Positions 16,878 to 26,388 are shown, numbered from the stretch's first letter. The stretch: DNA of 32,000 nucleotides from Bellilinea caldifistulae (GCF_001306055.1 NZ_LGHJ01000020.1:60001-92000); one strand, 5' to 3'. Notes: generated by a model from the letters alone, not told the origin. Program-made: numbers and translations.

Positions 16878-18188
16878 ATGTCATCCGAGAATGAATTAAG
16901 CGAACGTGAAAAAGAGATTTTACGGCTTGTGGCTACTGGCGCCAGCAATAAAGAAATTGCTCAGGTGCTGTACATCAGTCCTAACACGGTCAAGGTTCAT
17001 CTCCGTAATATATTTGCAAAAATCGGTGTTGTTTCCCGCACCGAGGCTACCCTATATGCCATCAAAATCGGGCTGATTCCCGAAGCCGTGCGCGAAGAAA
17101 TCCACACCAGTCAGGCGGTTTCCGAGGGCAGCCTTGTAGTAACCGCCGAAGCACCACCAGCCGTCTCCCGCTCTTCACCGATCAAAGGTAGAGGGTGGGT
17201 GCTGTTTGTGGTTGTCCTCTTGATCGGGATTGGTTTCTTTCGGATGAGGAGTGTCAATCCAGGGGGAGTAGCCCAGGTCAATAGCGAGCAGCGGTGGAGC
17301 CAACTGGCTGATTTACCGGAAGGCGTTGGGGGAGGTGTTACGGAGAGGTACGAGGGGTATCTGTATCTGTTTGGGGGCGAAAAGGACGGAAAACTCAGCG
17401 GGAATGTATTTGCCTATAACATCACCCAAAATCAATGGGAGAGAAAGTCCCCAAAACCCACCATCGTTAGCGGTGTACAGGCGGGTGTGCTCGGGGAAAA
17501 AATTTATCTCCCCGGTGGAGAACTGGCAGATGATACCCTTACCACTCAGGTTGAAGTGTATGATCCGCGTAATGATCTTTGGGAAACCACCACACCGTTA
17601 CCTGTTCGGCTGACAGGTTACGGGCTGGCGGTTTTTGAGGGGCGATTGTATTTGTTTGGCGGTTGGGATGGTAATTCGTATCGGGATGAGGTGTGGATTT
17701 TCGAACCGGATGCTAAAGAATGGATTCTGCAACAAAAAATGCCCTTTGCCCGCGCATTTTTGGCAACGGCGGTGCTTGGAAACAAAATTTATCTGTTGGG
17801 GGGCGAAACGATGGTCGGTGTGACGGATGAATGTCTGGCTTTCTACCCCAATCGAGAGAAGGATGACCCGACCGCCTGGGAGCAAAAGCCTTCCCTCCCA
17901 AGGGGGAGAAAGAACCTGCGCGCGACTGTTCTGGCTGACGGCGTGTACGTCGCCGGTGGGGTCAATCAAATTGATCAGCCAATCACCGACATCCTTCGGT
18001 TTAATGAATCAAGCGGGGTTTGGGAGGTTTTGGAACCACCTCCATTGCTGGTCTCGGCAGATACAGCGTTGGCTGCCAGCCAAACACGCCTCCATTTTCT
18101 TGGAGGAACGATTGGCATGCGGACAGTTCCCTATCATCAGGCTTATCAAGCTCTCTATACGGTGGTGCTTCCGGCCGTCAGCCGATAA
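16878..18188 (+). CDS. Membrane-anchored LuxR/GerE-type HTH regulator with a C-terminal six-blade Kelch-repeat domain
   Basis: HTH SEREKEILRLVATGASNKEIAQVLYISPNTVKVHLRNIFAKIGV. One TM helix WVLFVVVLLIGIGFF (about nt 17196-17240). Six repeats of the type xxxYLFGG....W (YLYLFGGE, IYLPGGE, LYLFGGWDG, IYLLGGE, VYVAGGV, LHFLGGT). Confidence 0.85.
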   Translation: MSSENELSEREKEILRLVATGASNKEIAQVLYISPNTVKVHLRNIFAKIGVVSRTEATLYAIKIGLIPEAVREEIHTSQAVSEGSLVVTAEAPPAVSRSSPIKGRGWVLFVVVLLIGIGFFRMRSVNPGGVAQVNSEQRWSQLADLPEGVGGGVTERYEGYLYLFGGEKDGKLSGNVFAYNITQNQWERKSPKPTIVSGVQAGVLGEKIYLPGGELADDTLTTQVEVYDPRNDLWETTTPLPVRLTGYGLAVFEGRLYLFGGWDGNSYRDEVWIFEPDAKEWILQQKMPFARAFLATAVLGNKIYLLGGETMVGVTDECLAFYPNREKDDPTAWEQKPSLPRGRKNLRATVLADGVYVAGGVNQIDQPITDILRFNESSGVWEVLEPPPLLVSADTALAASQTRLHFLGGTIGMRTVPYHQAYQALYTVVLPAVSR

Positions 18189-18190
18189 AA

Positions 18191-18214
18191 AAACACCTCT
18201 TGAGGAGGTGTTTT
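18191..18214 (+). terminator. Rho-independent terminator candidate after the LuxR-Kelch gene
   Basis: aaacacctc (18191-18199) pairs with gaggtgttt (18205-18213) around the loop ttgag, 3 nt after the TAA stop. Confidence 0.55.
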
Positions 18215-18223
18215 CGGGTGAGG

Positions 18224-18295
18224 AGCGGGAGACGGGACTCGAACCCGCGAATGTCAGCTTGGAAGGCTGATGCCTTACCACTTGGCGACTCCCGC
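18224..18295 (-). tRNA. tRNA-Gly (anticodon UCC)
   Basis: Hand-folded cloverleaf. Acceptor GCGGGAG/CTCCCGC; anticodon stem TCAGC/GCTGA with loop CTTCCAA (UCC); 5-nt variable loop; T-arm GCGGG-TTCGAGT-CCCGT; discriminator U. CCA is not encoded. Confidence 0.85.
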
Positions 18296-18426
18296 ATGAT
18301 GAATTTTATTTTAACCATATCCCTACAAACGGTCAACCCTTCGCGAAATGGAAACAATGAGCTGGCTTCCTTATCGCCGTGATTGGCTTTCCCGGGCGGG
18401 TTTCGTTGGCCGATGTTTTTCTGAAT

Positions 18427-19422
18427 TCAGGGAAAAGGGAAGGGCGTTACAGTTCCACGCTGGATGGGTGTAAGTAGATTGGCGGCAAATTCACTGATTT
18501 CCAGACGAGTCGGATTGTCGGCTTCTTCCAGTCCAAGACTGTTGAGCGTCATCCGGATTTGACTGCCGTCTGCACTGCTCTGGTTCCATTCAAAGGGTTG
18601 AAGGCGGATAAACCAGCGCAGGATCTTGCTCAGTTGTTCGGGGGTTAACCGCATGATACCGGGATTCTGACTGGCCTGCCCTCGGCAATAATACTGGACA
18701 CTCCACCCGTTCAGGTAGACTTTTAAACCATCACAGTATTCCTGAAATGAACCTTCGCGGCTCCAGTTTAGAGCGGGAATACTGGTGAGATAGCCATCTA
18801 CACTAGCCAATACCGGATTTGATTCCAATTTAGAAATTCGGAACTCGAAAATGTGGTTCTCAATCCCCAATCGAATAATCCGGCCTTCGACCGGCAATTG
18901 AGTGCAGGGAATTTCGGCAATGGCAATTTCCAGACAACCATCTAAAAATGTGGTTTGGCGCTCACTGAGTATTTGAATTGCCTGCGGGTCATAACCTAAA
19001 AGTCCGGCCAGGTATTGTACGGCTTGCAAGGCCGAAATGGAAGGTTGATCAACCGAACGGATGGGGCGTACCATCATTCCATCCAAGTCAGTGTGATAGG
19101 TGTATGATTTGTCTGAGTAACGCAGGGTGACAATCAGGCCGGGAATCTTTTGTTCCGGACAAATTTCGCCCGGGTCACCCGCTTCCAGGCAGGAATTTTG
19201 CCAGGTTACCGATTCGATGGCTTGAATGGTGATTTGCTGGGGGGAGATATTCAACTCGCGGGCGAGTTCACGTCTGGCCTGTAAGGCTCCCCCGGGGGGT
19301 TGGATAAAACCACCATCCTGTGGGGGCAGCGTGGCAGTTTGCCCGACCGGCTGGTCGGTTTTATTACATGCCGCCAAAAGGAGCAGCAGAAAAATGGTGA
19401 TGAGAGAAAACCTTCGAAACAT
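18427..19422 (-). CDS. Hypothetical lipoprotein
   Basis: MFRRFSLITIFLLLLLAAC is a lipoprotein-type signal with a lipobox Cys. No catalytic motif recognised. ATG 19422 was chosen for the signal peptide; no clear SD, so the track start 19506 remains possible. Confidence 0.55.
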   Translation of the reverse strand: MFRRFSLITIFLLLLLAACNKTDQPVGQTATLPPQDGGFIQPPGGALQARRELARELNISPQQITIQAIESVTWQNSCLEAGDPGEICPEQKIPGLIVTLRYSDKSYTYHTDLDGMMVRPIRSVDQPSISALQAVQYLAGLLGYDPQAIQILSERQTTFLDGCLEIAIAEIPCTQLPVEGRIIRLGIENHIFEFRISKLESNPVLASVDGYLTSIPALNWSREGSFQEYCDGLKVYLNGWSVQYYCRGQASQNPGIMRLTPEQLSKILRWFIRLQPFEWNQSSADGSQIRMTLNSLGLEEADNPTRLEISEFAANLLTPIQRGTVTPFPFP

Positions 19423-19531
19423 CCAATAGGATTGTAATAGAAATCTGCCTCTTTGGGGTAAATCGTTCCGAGAATGATTTGCGCAATTACCCAAAATCAG
19501 ATACATTGTTTAAAAAATTTGAGAGGAAATC

Positions 19532-21043
19532 ATGGAAGAAAAGTTTTTGGAACTCAAGTCGCGCTTGAAAGAGATTGCCGATTTGAACAAAGCGGCTGGC
19601 TTATTGGGCTGGGATCAACGGGTTATGATGCCACCGGCGGGTGCTGCTGTTCGGGCTGAAGTGCTGGCAACTTTAGGGAAGATTGCCCATGAAAAATTCA
19701 CATCAGATGAAATGGGAAAATTGCTGGGGGTTCTCAGATCATACGAAGAAAGTTTACCGTATGAATCTGACGAAGCCAGCCTAATTCGTGTAGCCAGAAG
19801 AGATTATGAAAAGAGTGTTCGGGTGCCGGCCAGTTTACGGGCCGAGATGAGTCGGGCTTCTTCTCAGGCGCAGCAGGTATGGGTAGAAGCCCGGCAAAAG
19901 GCTGACTTCAATCACTTTTTACCCATGTTGGAGCGGCAGATTGAATTGCGCCATCGTTATATCGAATGTTTTCCCCCGGCTGAGGATCCTTACGATGTTT
20001 TACTGGATGATTACGAACGGGATATGCGTTTCAATGAGGTGCAAGGGACGTTTGAGCAACTGAAAGAGGGGCTTGTGCCGTTGATTCAATCTATTCAGGA
20101 AAATGCCGACCGGGTTTCGGATGCACCCTTGCACGGCCATTTTCCGGTGGAACAACAAAAGGCATTTTGTCTTGAGGTGGTCAAGCATTTTGGTTTTGAT
20201 CCGAATAGCTGGCGGTTGGATTCTACTGTGCATCCTTTTGCCTCCAGTATTGCCACACAAGACATCCGCATTACCACACGCTATTTTGAGGATTTCATCT
20301 CTCCGGCTCTGTTCGGCTCGATGCATGAATGCGGGCATGGTTTATATGAAAATGGAGTTTCTCCCTCATTAGAACGCACCTTGCTGGCGCGTGGTGCTTC
20401 CTCAGGACTGCATGAGTCCCAATCTCGCATGTGGGAAAATCTGGTTGGGCGCAGTTTTCCTTTCTGGAAATATTTCTACCCCAGATTACAACAAACCTTT
20501 CCCCAGCAGTTCGCGGAAGTCCGCTTGGAAGAATTTTATCGGGCGATCAACAAAGTTCAGCCATCCTTTATCCGAGTCGAGGCTGATGAAGCCACTTACA
20601 ATCTGCATATCATTTTACGTTTTGAAATAGAATGGCAAATGATTCGGGGGGAAATCGCTCTTAAGCACCTTCCTGAAGTCTGGAACAACCGTTTTCAAGA
20701 GTATCTCGGCCTGAGCATTCCCAACGATCGTTTGGGCGTATTGCAAGATATTCACTGGTCAATGGGTTTGATCGGTTATTTTCCGACCTATTCGTTGGGT
20801 AACATCGTTTCCTGCCAGATTTGGGAGAAGGTGTTGGAGGCTATTCCTGATTTATACGAGCAGTTCGAACGTGGGCAGTTTCTGCCACTACGCGAGTGGC
20901 TGCGAGAAAACTTCCACAGGTATGGTCGAAAATTTACCCCCAAGGAAACCCTCCAAAAAGTCACGGGTAAAGCCGAGATTGATGTTGAGCCGTATTTGCG
21001 TTATTTGAAGACTAAATTTTCGGAGATTTACGGGTTGAATTAG
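19532..21043 (+). CDS. Carboxypeptidase Taq-like M32 metallocarboxypeptidase
   Basis: HPF, HECGHGLYE (HEXXH), DIHWS and GYFPTYSLGN blocks in the M32 order. ATG 19532 is preceded by GAGAGGAAA. Confidence 0.9.
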   Translation: MEEKFLELKSRLKEIADLNKAAGLLGWDQRVMMPPAGAAVRAEVLATLGKIAHEKFTSDEMGKLLGVLRSYEESLPYESDEASLIRVARRDYEKSVRVPASLRAEMSRASSQAQQVWVEARQKADFNHFLPMLERQIELRHRYIECFPPAEDPYDVLLDDYERDMRFNEVQGTFEQLKEGLVPLIQSIQENADRVSDAPLHGHFPVEQQKAFCLEVVKHFGFDPNSWRLDSTVHPFASSIATQDIRITTRYFEDFISPALFGSMHECGHGLYENGVSPSLERTLLARGASSGLHESQSRMWENLVGRSFPFWKYFYPRLQQTFPQQFAEVRLEEFYRAINKVQPSFIRVEADEATYNLHIILRFEIEWQMIRGEIALKHLPEVWNNRFQEYLGLSIPNDRLGVLQDIHWSMGLIGYFPTYSLGNIVSCQIWEKVLEAIPDLYEQFERGQFLPLREWLRENFHRYGRKFTPKETLQKVTGKAEIDVEPYLRYLKTKFSEIYGLN

Positions 21044-21059
21044 AAATCCACCCGTCTTC

Positions 21060-21653
21060 CTAGCGATAGTTTTGATAGATCGTCAGGACTTTATCCGCGT
21101 AGGTATAACCCGCGTCCATGGGTCCGTATGCTTTTAACGCTTCGCGAACATCGCCTTTGCGTTGGATCAGCCCTGCCAGCATTCGCACACCGTATTGAAT
21201 GTTGAATTGTGGGTCGAATAGCTCCTGCATGGAAGGCCGATTGGCAAAACAGGGACCATTGATGCACATAAATTCAGCGGCTTTGCCATCGCGCGGCATG
21301 ACCTGCATCAGCCCGACTGCACCACTGCGCGAATAAGCGTCCGGGTTGCCGCCCGATTCTTGCAGCATTACCGCAGCGATCAGATTCGGATCGAGCTGGA
21401 ACTCTCCGGCAGCCTGCTGGATATAATGACACCATTGTTGAATTTTTTCCGGGTAGCGGTTGGAGATTTGACATTCTTCCGGGGTTGTGCCAGTGGGTTC
21501 TTCGGATCTGGGCTGTTCTGCGGGGGTGGGGTTAGGTTCGAGATCAGAAGCCTGTGCCGTTAGCGAAGGATTCAAGAGGAAGCGGGAAATTCCGATAACT
21601 ACAAGAATTCCAATGAGCACAGCAGGTAAAATGGCTTTGCTGGGATGATTCAT
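21060..21653 (-). CDS. Membrane-anchored lytic transglycosylase (SLT domain)
   Basis: N-terminal TM ILPAVLIGILVVIGI. SLT catalytic block AAVMLQESGGNPDAYSRSGAVGLMQVM. Confidence 0.85.
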   Translation of the reverse strand: MNHPSKAILPAVLIGILVVIGISRFLLNPSLTAQASDLEPNPTPAEQPRSEEPTGTTPEECQISNRYPEKIQQWCHYIQQAAGEFQLDPNLIAAVMLQESGGNPDAYSRSGAVGLMQVMPRDGKAAEFMCINGPCFANRPSMQELFDPQFNIQYGVRMLAGLIQRKGDVREALKAYGPMDAGYTYADKVLTIYQNYR

Positions 21654-21785
21654 TTCAGCCTCCGGGCAGGATATGGGGTGTAAATAGATTGAGAATCGTG
21701 CGGCTGAAATGATTATAGAACAATTATTCTATTTCGGGAAGAGGGCAGTTCTACCTTAAGCGGGGTGATTTTCGGGTGAGAAGCA

Positions 21786-22946
21786 TCAGGGTTGAATTGA
21801 CTCAACCAATAATTCTTCCAGATAATCACCCTGCAAAACGCGGTCTTTCCATCCCGGCATGAGATGATCAAGCAAAACCCCTTGCCCAAACCCAGAATAA
21901 TAAAAAAGAATTTCACCATCCATGTTCGTTTTGGACATGGTACTTAACTGAGTTTTAAAGAATTGGGCGCGCGAGGAGTAATTTTTCAAACCTAATTTTT
22001 GGGTCGAATCGGGCAGGGGCAAAAACTCATTTTGCGCAGCAATTTTACCAATTTGTAACTCCGCATATTTTGCCACCCCCTCCAACCATTCGCGTTTGCG
22101 TTCATAATCCATCAGGGCGTCACTTAACTGAGCAGATTGCCGTCGTTCATTTCTAACTTTTAGAAATTGCTCGGCAACCAAAATTGCCTCTTCACGAGTA
22201 GAAACTTCTCCCGCCTGCTGGAGTACTTTCAATTCATTCTTCCAGTTTTTCATTAAGTTTTCATTCTCAAAAGGGTATTGCTTTTCCCAATTGGCAATTA
22301 ATTCAGCGTTTTCGAACATGACTGGATTTTGTCTGGCCTGAAATACATGAAAAGCCTCATGAGCCAATGAACTGATATAGGCTTCCGGGGCGAGCATTAA
22401 ATCGCGAAAGAATATGCGGTAAGGGAAGATTTCCCGCAAGACCGGAGGGAGTTCAGTGTACATCAGATCGTGAAAATAAATCAAAGCAAATTCCTGAGTC
22501 TGGAACGACGCAGCAATTTGATCATCTATTTTAACGACAAAGTTTTCGGGTGTTTTTTGCGGATCCTCGATCCAAGTGCGGAAGACAGTGTTACCCGACG
22601 CATTGACCGGCTGCCATTCCCCGCCGCGTTGATGCGTGCGTGGATACATGGTCCAGCCCTCAGAAAGTGGCGTATCAATTCCTACGGCAAAAGCGGCCGT
22701 TTCATTGTAAAACACCCATGGAATTCGTTCAACTGACCAACCGGGAAAGACCTGATTGCCAACACCGGAGAGAAGATGATTGGCTTCCTGGGTCAGAAGC
22801 ATTTGATTTTCTGAAAGAAGCTCTGGATTTTCAGATCTTTTTGGAAGGGATTGATTGATGATGAGTAGGGTCAAAGAACTGAACAAGCACAAACCTGCCA
22901 TTGTAAAGAAGATGCCCAGTAAAAGAGATTTTCGTTTCTTAAACAT
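21786..22946 (-). CDS. Membrane-anchored putative MA-clan zinc metallopeptidase
   Basis: N-terminal anchor LLLGIFFTMAGLCLFSSLTLLI. HEAFH (HExxH) followed by WLEGVAKYAE (EGxAxY third-ligand-type block). The gene is markedly AT-rich. Confidence 0.55.
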   Translation of the reverse strand: MFKKRKSLLLGIFFTMAGLCLFSSLTLLIINQSLPKRSENPELLSENQMLLTQEANHLLSGVGNQVFPGWSVERIPWVFYNETAAFAVGIDTPLSEGWTMYPRTHQRGGEWQPVNASGNTVFRTWIEDPQKTPENFVVKIDDQIAASFQTQEFALIYFHDLMYTELPPVLREIFPYRIFFRDLMLAPEAYISSLAHEAFHVFQARQNPVMFENAELIANWEKQYPFENENLMKNWKNELKVLQQAGEVSTREEAILVAEQFLKVRNERRQSAQLSDALMDYERKREWLEGVAKYAELQIGKIAAQNEFLPLPDSTQKLGLKNYSSRAQFFKTQLSTMSKTNMDGEILFYYSGFGQGVLLDHLMPGWKDRVLQGDYLEELLVESIQP

Positions 22947-23039
22947 GTTAATTTCCTGTTTGAGATTTGATTGTCTTTAATGATTTACGCATCTGCTATA
23001 ATTCGGTTGCAGGGGAAAATCAATCAAAAGGAGACAAAA

Positions 23040-24662
23040 ATGAAGCCAAAAGGGTCTCTATGGTACAAAAATGCCATATTTTACGAAGTATATGTGCGCG
23101 CCTTTTATGATAGTAATGGGGATGGGCATGGTGATTTGGCAGGATTGATCCAGAAACTGGATTACCTGCGGGATTTTGGGGTGGATTGCCTCTGGCTGCT
23201 GCCGATCTATCCTTCTCCGTTGCGGGATGACGGCTATGACATTGCGGATTATTATAATGTCTTGCCCACATACGGCGATTTGAACGACTTCAAAGAACTG
23301 GTACGGCAAGCGCATCAGCGTGGAATGCGTGTGATTGCTGATCTGGTACTGAACCACACATCCGATCAGCACCCCTGGTTTCAATCAGCCCGCAGTAGCC
23401 GAAATTCGCCTTATCGCGATTATTATGTCTGGTCAGATACCGATCAAAAATACAAGGAAGCCCGCATCATCTTTCTGGATACCGAAAAATCCAACTGGAC
23501 ATGGGATGAAGTGGCCGGACAGTATTACTGGCATCGTTTTTATTCGTCCCAGCCTGATCTGAATTACGATAATCCCGCTGTTCGGGAGGAAATGAAAAAA
23601 ATCATTCGCTTCTGGATGGACATGGGTATTGATGGTTTTCGCGCGGATGCCGTTCCCTACTTATTTGAACGCGAAGGTACGAATTGCGAAAATTTACCGG
23701 AGACTCATGCATACCTTAAGGAAGTACGCGCCTTTCTGGATGAGCATTATCCGGAGGCAATTTTGCTGGGGGAAGCCAATCAATGGCCGGAGGATGTACT
23801 CCCGTACTTTGGCAATGGGGATGAATTACACATGAACTTTCACTTCCCGCTGATGCCGCGGCTCTACATGGCGCTGAAAAAAGCGGACAAGTCTCCGCTG
23901 GAATGGGTTTTTGAACGTACCCCGGCTATTCCCGAAAATTGTCAATGGTGTACTTTCCTGCGCAATCACGACGAGTTAACTCTGGAAATGATCACGTCGG
24001 AAGAAAGGGAATTTATGTGGCGCGAATACGCGCCGGATCCCAGGATGCGTCTGAATTTAGGCATTCGTCGTCGTCTTGCCCCATTAATGGAAAATGACCA
24101 GAGGCGCATCCGCCTATTGTATTCGATGCTGTTCAGTCTTCCCGGCACGCCGATCATTTATTACGGCGATGAGATTGGAATGGGTGATAACATCGAATTG
24201 TTCGACCGGAATGGGGTGCGCACGCCGATGCAATGGGATTCCTCACCGACGGCGGGTTTTTCATCCGCACTGCCATCCCAGTGGTATGCGCCGGTGGTTT
24301 CTACTCCTCCGTTTGACCCTCAACACGTCAATGTAGCGGATCAAATCCAAAGCACGGATTCATTGTATCACTTCCTGAAACACCTGATCGCTCTCCGTAA
24401 AGTCCGCTCCGAACTGTCAAGCGGAGAAATGGGCTGGATTGAGACGGGGTCACCTTCAGTGGCAGCTGTCTGGCGGGTTGAAGGCAGCCGTTGGTTGTGT
24501 GCCGTTCATAATCTGGCGGATAAGGCTCAAGAAATCAACCTGAACCTGCCGGTACAAACGGGAGTTTATACCGATTTGGTTGGAGGCCAAGTCTCACTCA
24601 ACACAAATGAAAGTCGCTTAAAACTTCAGCCGTATCAGACCTTGTGGTTTGCCAATTCTTAA
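23040..24662 (+). CDS. treS: Trehalose synthase (maltose alpha-D-glucosyltransferase), GH13
   Basis: WYKNAIFYEVYVRAFYDSNGDGHGDLAGL...LWLLPIYPSPLRDDGYDIADYY...VLNHTSDQHPWFQSAR...GFRADAV...FLRNHDELTLEM...LGIRRRLAPL are TreS-typical blocks. ATG 23040 is preceded by AAAGGAG. Confidence 0.8.
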   Translation: MKPKGSLWYKNAIFYEVYVRAFYDSNGDGHGDLAGLIQKLDYLRDFGVDCLWLLPIYPSPLRDDGYDIADYYNVLPTYGDLNDFKELVRQAHQRGMRVIADLVLNHTSDQHPWFQSARSSRNSPYRDYYVWSDTDQKYKEARIIFLDTEKSNWTWDEVAGQYYWHRFYSSQPDLNYDNPAVREEMKKIIRFWMDMGIDGFRADAVPYLFEREGTNCENLPETHAYLKEVRAFLDEHYPEAILLGEANQWPEDVLPYFGNGDELHMNFHFPLMPRLYMALKKADKSPLEWVFERTPAIPENCQWCTFLRNHDELTLEMITSEEREFMWREYAPDPRMRLNLGIRRRLAPLMENDQRRIRLLYSMLFSLPGTPIIYYGDEIGMGDNIELFDRNGVRTPMQWDSSPTAGFSSALPSQWYAPVVSTPPFDPQHVNVADQIQSTDSLYHFLKHLIALRKVRSELSSGEMGWIETGSPSVAAVWRVEGSRWLCAVHNLADKAQEINLNLPVQTGVYTDLVGGQVSLNTNESRLKLQPYQTLWFANS

Positions 24663-24675
24663 GCGTGAATTGACA

Positions 24676-25182
24676 TCAAAGGTTGCCGTGCGCCAGCAAG
24701 AGGATGCGCGGCATCCCTTTTTCAATTAACAGGCTTAACTGATCGAGGAGTTTCTCGATGTCCGACGGTGTGATGGAAGGCGGGTCTTTGATCTCCTCGG
24801 TGGCATTGCTCATTTCGCTAAGCATAAAAACCCGCCCTGCGTGATGTGGGAAAACATGATTCAAGGCTTCTTTATGCCCCAGTTCCATGACCAGAATCAG
24901 CTTGTGGCTGCTGAGTAGTCCTTCGTTTATCTTTTGAGAACGATGTTTTCTGAGGTCCACCCCTCTGGCGAAGGAAGCCTGAATCACTTCTTCTGGGGAG
25001 GGCATTCCCTCCTGTACCCAGGTGCCGGCGCTATTAACCCGCCAGCGGTCGAGTGAAAGGCCTTCACGTAGCAGATCATTGCGGAAAAGTGCAGCAGCCA
25101 GCGGAGAACGGATGCGGTTGGCCGTGCAGACAAACAGCACCGAAGGGCGGTTCAGCGGTGCAGTTCTGCCGGCTTCCGTCAA
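24676..25182 (-). CDS. Low-molecular-weight protein tyrosine phosphatase / ArsC-like
   Basis: P-loop VLFVCTANRIRSP (CX5R-S). TTG start at 25182 directly abuts the gmd stop, with GGAG 6 nt upstream. Confidence 0.75.
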   Translation of the reverse strand: MTEAGRTAPLNRPSVLFVCTANRIRSPLAAALFRNDLLREGLSLDRWRVNSAGTWVQEGMPSPEEVIQASFARGVDLRKHRSQKINEGLLSSHKLILVMELGHKEALNHVFPHHAGRVFMLSEMSNATEEIKDPPSITPSDIEKLLDQLSLLIEKGMPRILLLAHGNL

Positions 25183-26253
25183 TTAGCGCTCCATGCTGAC
25201 AACCTGCTGCTCCCAGCGATGCCAGTCTCCAAAACGTTCTTCCAAAATGCGTTTTCCTTCGCCGGGGCAGGGCAGTCCGGCCAATTCGAGATCGGCATCC
25301 ACCATAATCCGCACCAGTTCGTGGAAACGGACTTTGGGTTGCCATCCCAATTCGCGCCGGGCACGGCTGGCATCTGCCAGCAGGTAATCCACTTCGGTTG
25401 GGCGGAAATAACGCGGATCAATGCGCACATAGTCTTCCCATTTCATTCCGGCATAGCCAAAGGCTTCTTCTAAAAATTCGCGGACGGAATGGGATTCGCC
25501 GGTACCGATGACATAATCATTCGGCTTGTCCTGCTGCATGATTAACCACATGGCCTCGACGTATTCGGGCGCATATCCCCAATCGCGCTTGGCGTCCAGA
25601 TTTCCCAGATAGAGATACTTTTGGCGGCCGGATTTGATGGCAGCGATGGCGCGAGTGATCTTGCGGGTGACAAAGGTTTCACCACGGCGGGGTGATTCAT
25701 GGTTGAAGAGAATCCCGTTGCAGGCAAAAATGCCATAGCCTTCGCGGTAATTGCGGGTCAGCCAGTAGGCATAGACTTTTGCGGCGGCATAAGGGCTGCG
25801 TGGTTCAAAGGAGGTGTCTTCATTTTGAGGGGGCTTTGCGCTGCCAAACATCTCACTGGAAGATGCCTGATAGAATTTTTCCTCAAAACCGCTCTTACGA
25901 ATGGCTTCCAGGATGCGGGTGGTGCCCAATGCAGTCACATCACCGGTGTATTCGGGCATGTCAAAACTGACTCGTACGTGGCTTTGGGCGGCGAGATGAT
26001 ACACTTCGTCGGGACGAACATTGTAGATAATGTTGGAGATGGTTTCGGCGACCGAAATATCACCGTAATGCAAGTACAAGCGTACCTCACCACCGTTGGG
26101 ATGGGGGTCATGGTAAATATGGTCAATCCGGCGAGTATTGAAAGTAGATGCCCGGCGGATGATGCCATGAACTTCATACCCTTTGGAAAGCAACAATTCA
26201 GCCAGATAGGAACCATCCTGACCGGTGATGCCGGTAATCAATGCCTTTTTCAA
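25183..26253 (-). CDS. gmd: GDP-mannose 4,6-dehydratase
   Basis: [46 protein letters not shown] and a colinear SDR-extended body. TTG start at 26253 has AGGAGG 5 nt upstream. Confidence 0.9.
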   Translation of the reverse strand: MKKALITGITGQDGSYLAELLLSKGYEVHGIIRRASTFNTRRIDHIYHDPHPNGGEVRLYLHYGDISVAETISNIIYNVRPDEVYHLAAQSHVRVSFDMPEYTGDVTALGTTRILEAIRKSGFEEKFYQASSSEMFGSAKPPQNEDTSFEPRSPYAAAKVYAYWLTRNYREGYGIFACNGILFNHESPRRGETFVTRKITRAIAAIKSGRQKYLYLGNLDAKRDWGYAPEYVEAMWLIMQQDKPNDYVIGTGESHSVREFLEEAFGYAGMKWEDYVRIDPRYFRPTEVDYLLADASRARRELGWQPKVRFHELVRIMVDADLELAGLPCPGEGKRILEERFGDWHRWEQQVVSMER

Positions 26254-26317
26254 ATTGTCCTCCTGAGATCAAATCGCTTGATCTGATTTGTTTCGTTTGG
26301 AAATGCTGCAAGGAACA

Positions 26318-26347
26318 AGTATAACCGACCTTCTTAAAAACTGTCAA
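26318..26347 (-). promoter_or_regulatory. Sigma70-like promoter candidate for gmd
   Basis: On the minus strand: TTGACA (26347-26342), an 18-nt spacer, then TATACT (26323-26318). It lies just downstream of the clpC terminator. Confidence 0.35.
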
Positions 26348-26350
26348 ACT

Positions 26351-26388
26351 AAAAAAATTCTGGCAGAGGAATATCCCAATGCCAGAAT
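26351..26388 (-). terminator. Rho-independent terminator of clpC
   Basis: attctggca (26357-26365) pairs with tgccagaat (26380-26388). On the minus strand the hairpin is followed by a run of 6-7 U (26351-26357), about 20 nt after the clpC stop. Confidence 0.6.

Noticed and set aside
18224-18295. The tRNA as tRNA-Sec, or as the attachment site of a genomic island.
   Set aside because: The anticodon loop reads CUUCCAA (UCC, Gly), with a 7-bp acceptor stem and a 5-nt variable loop, so it is not Sec-like. I found no second copy of the tRNA 3' end nearby, no integrase, and the flanking genes look ordinary.
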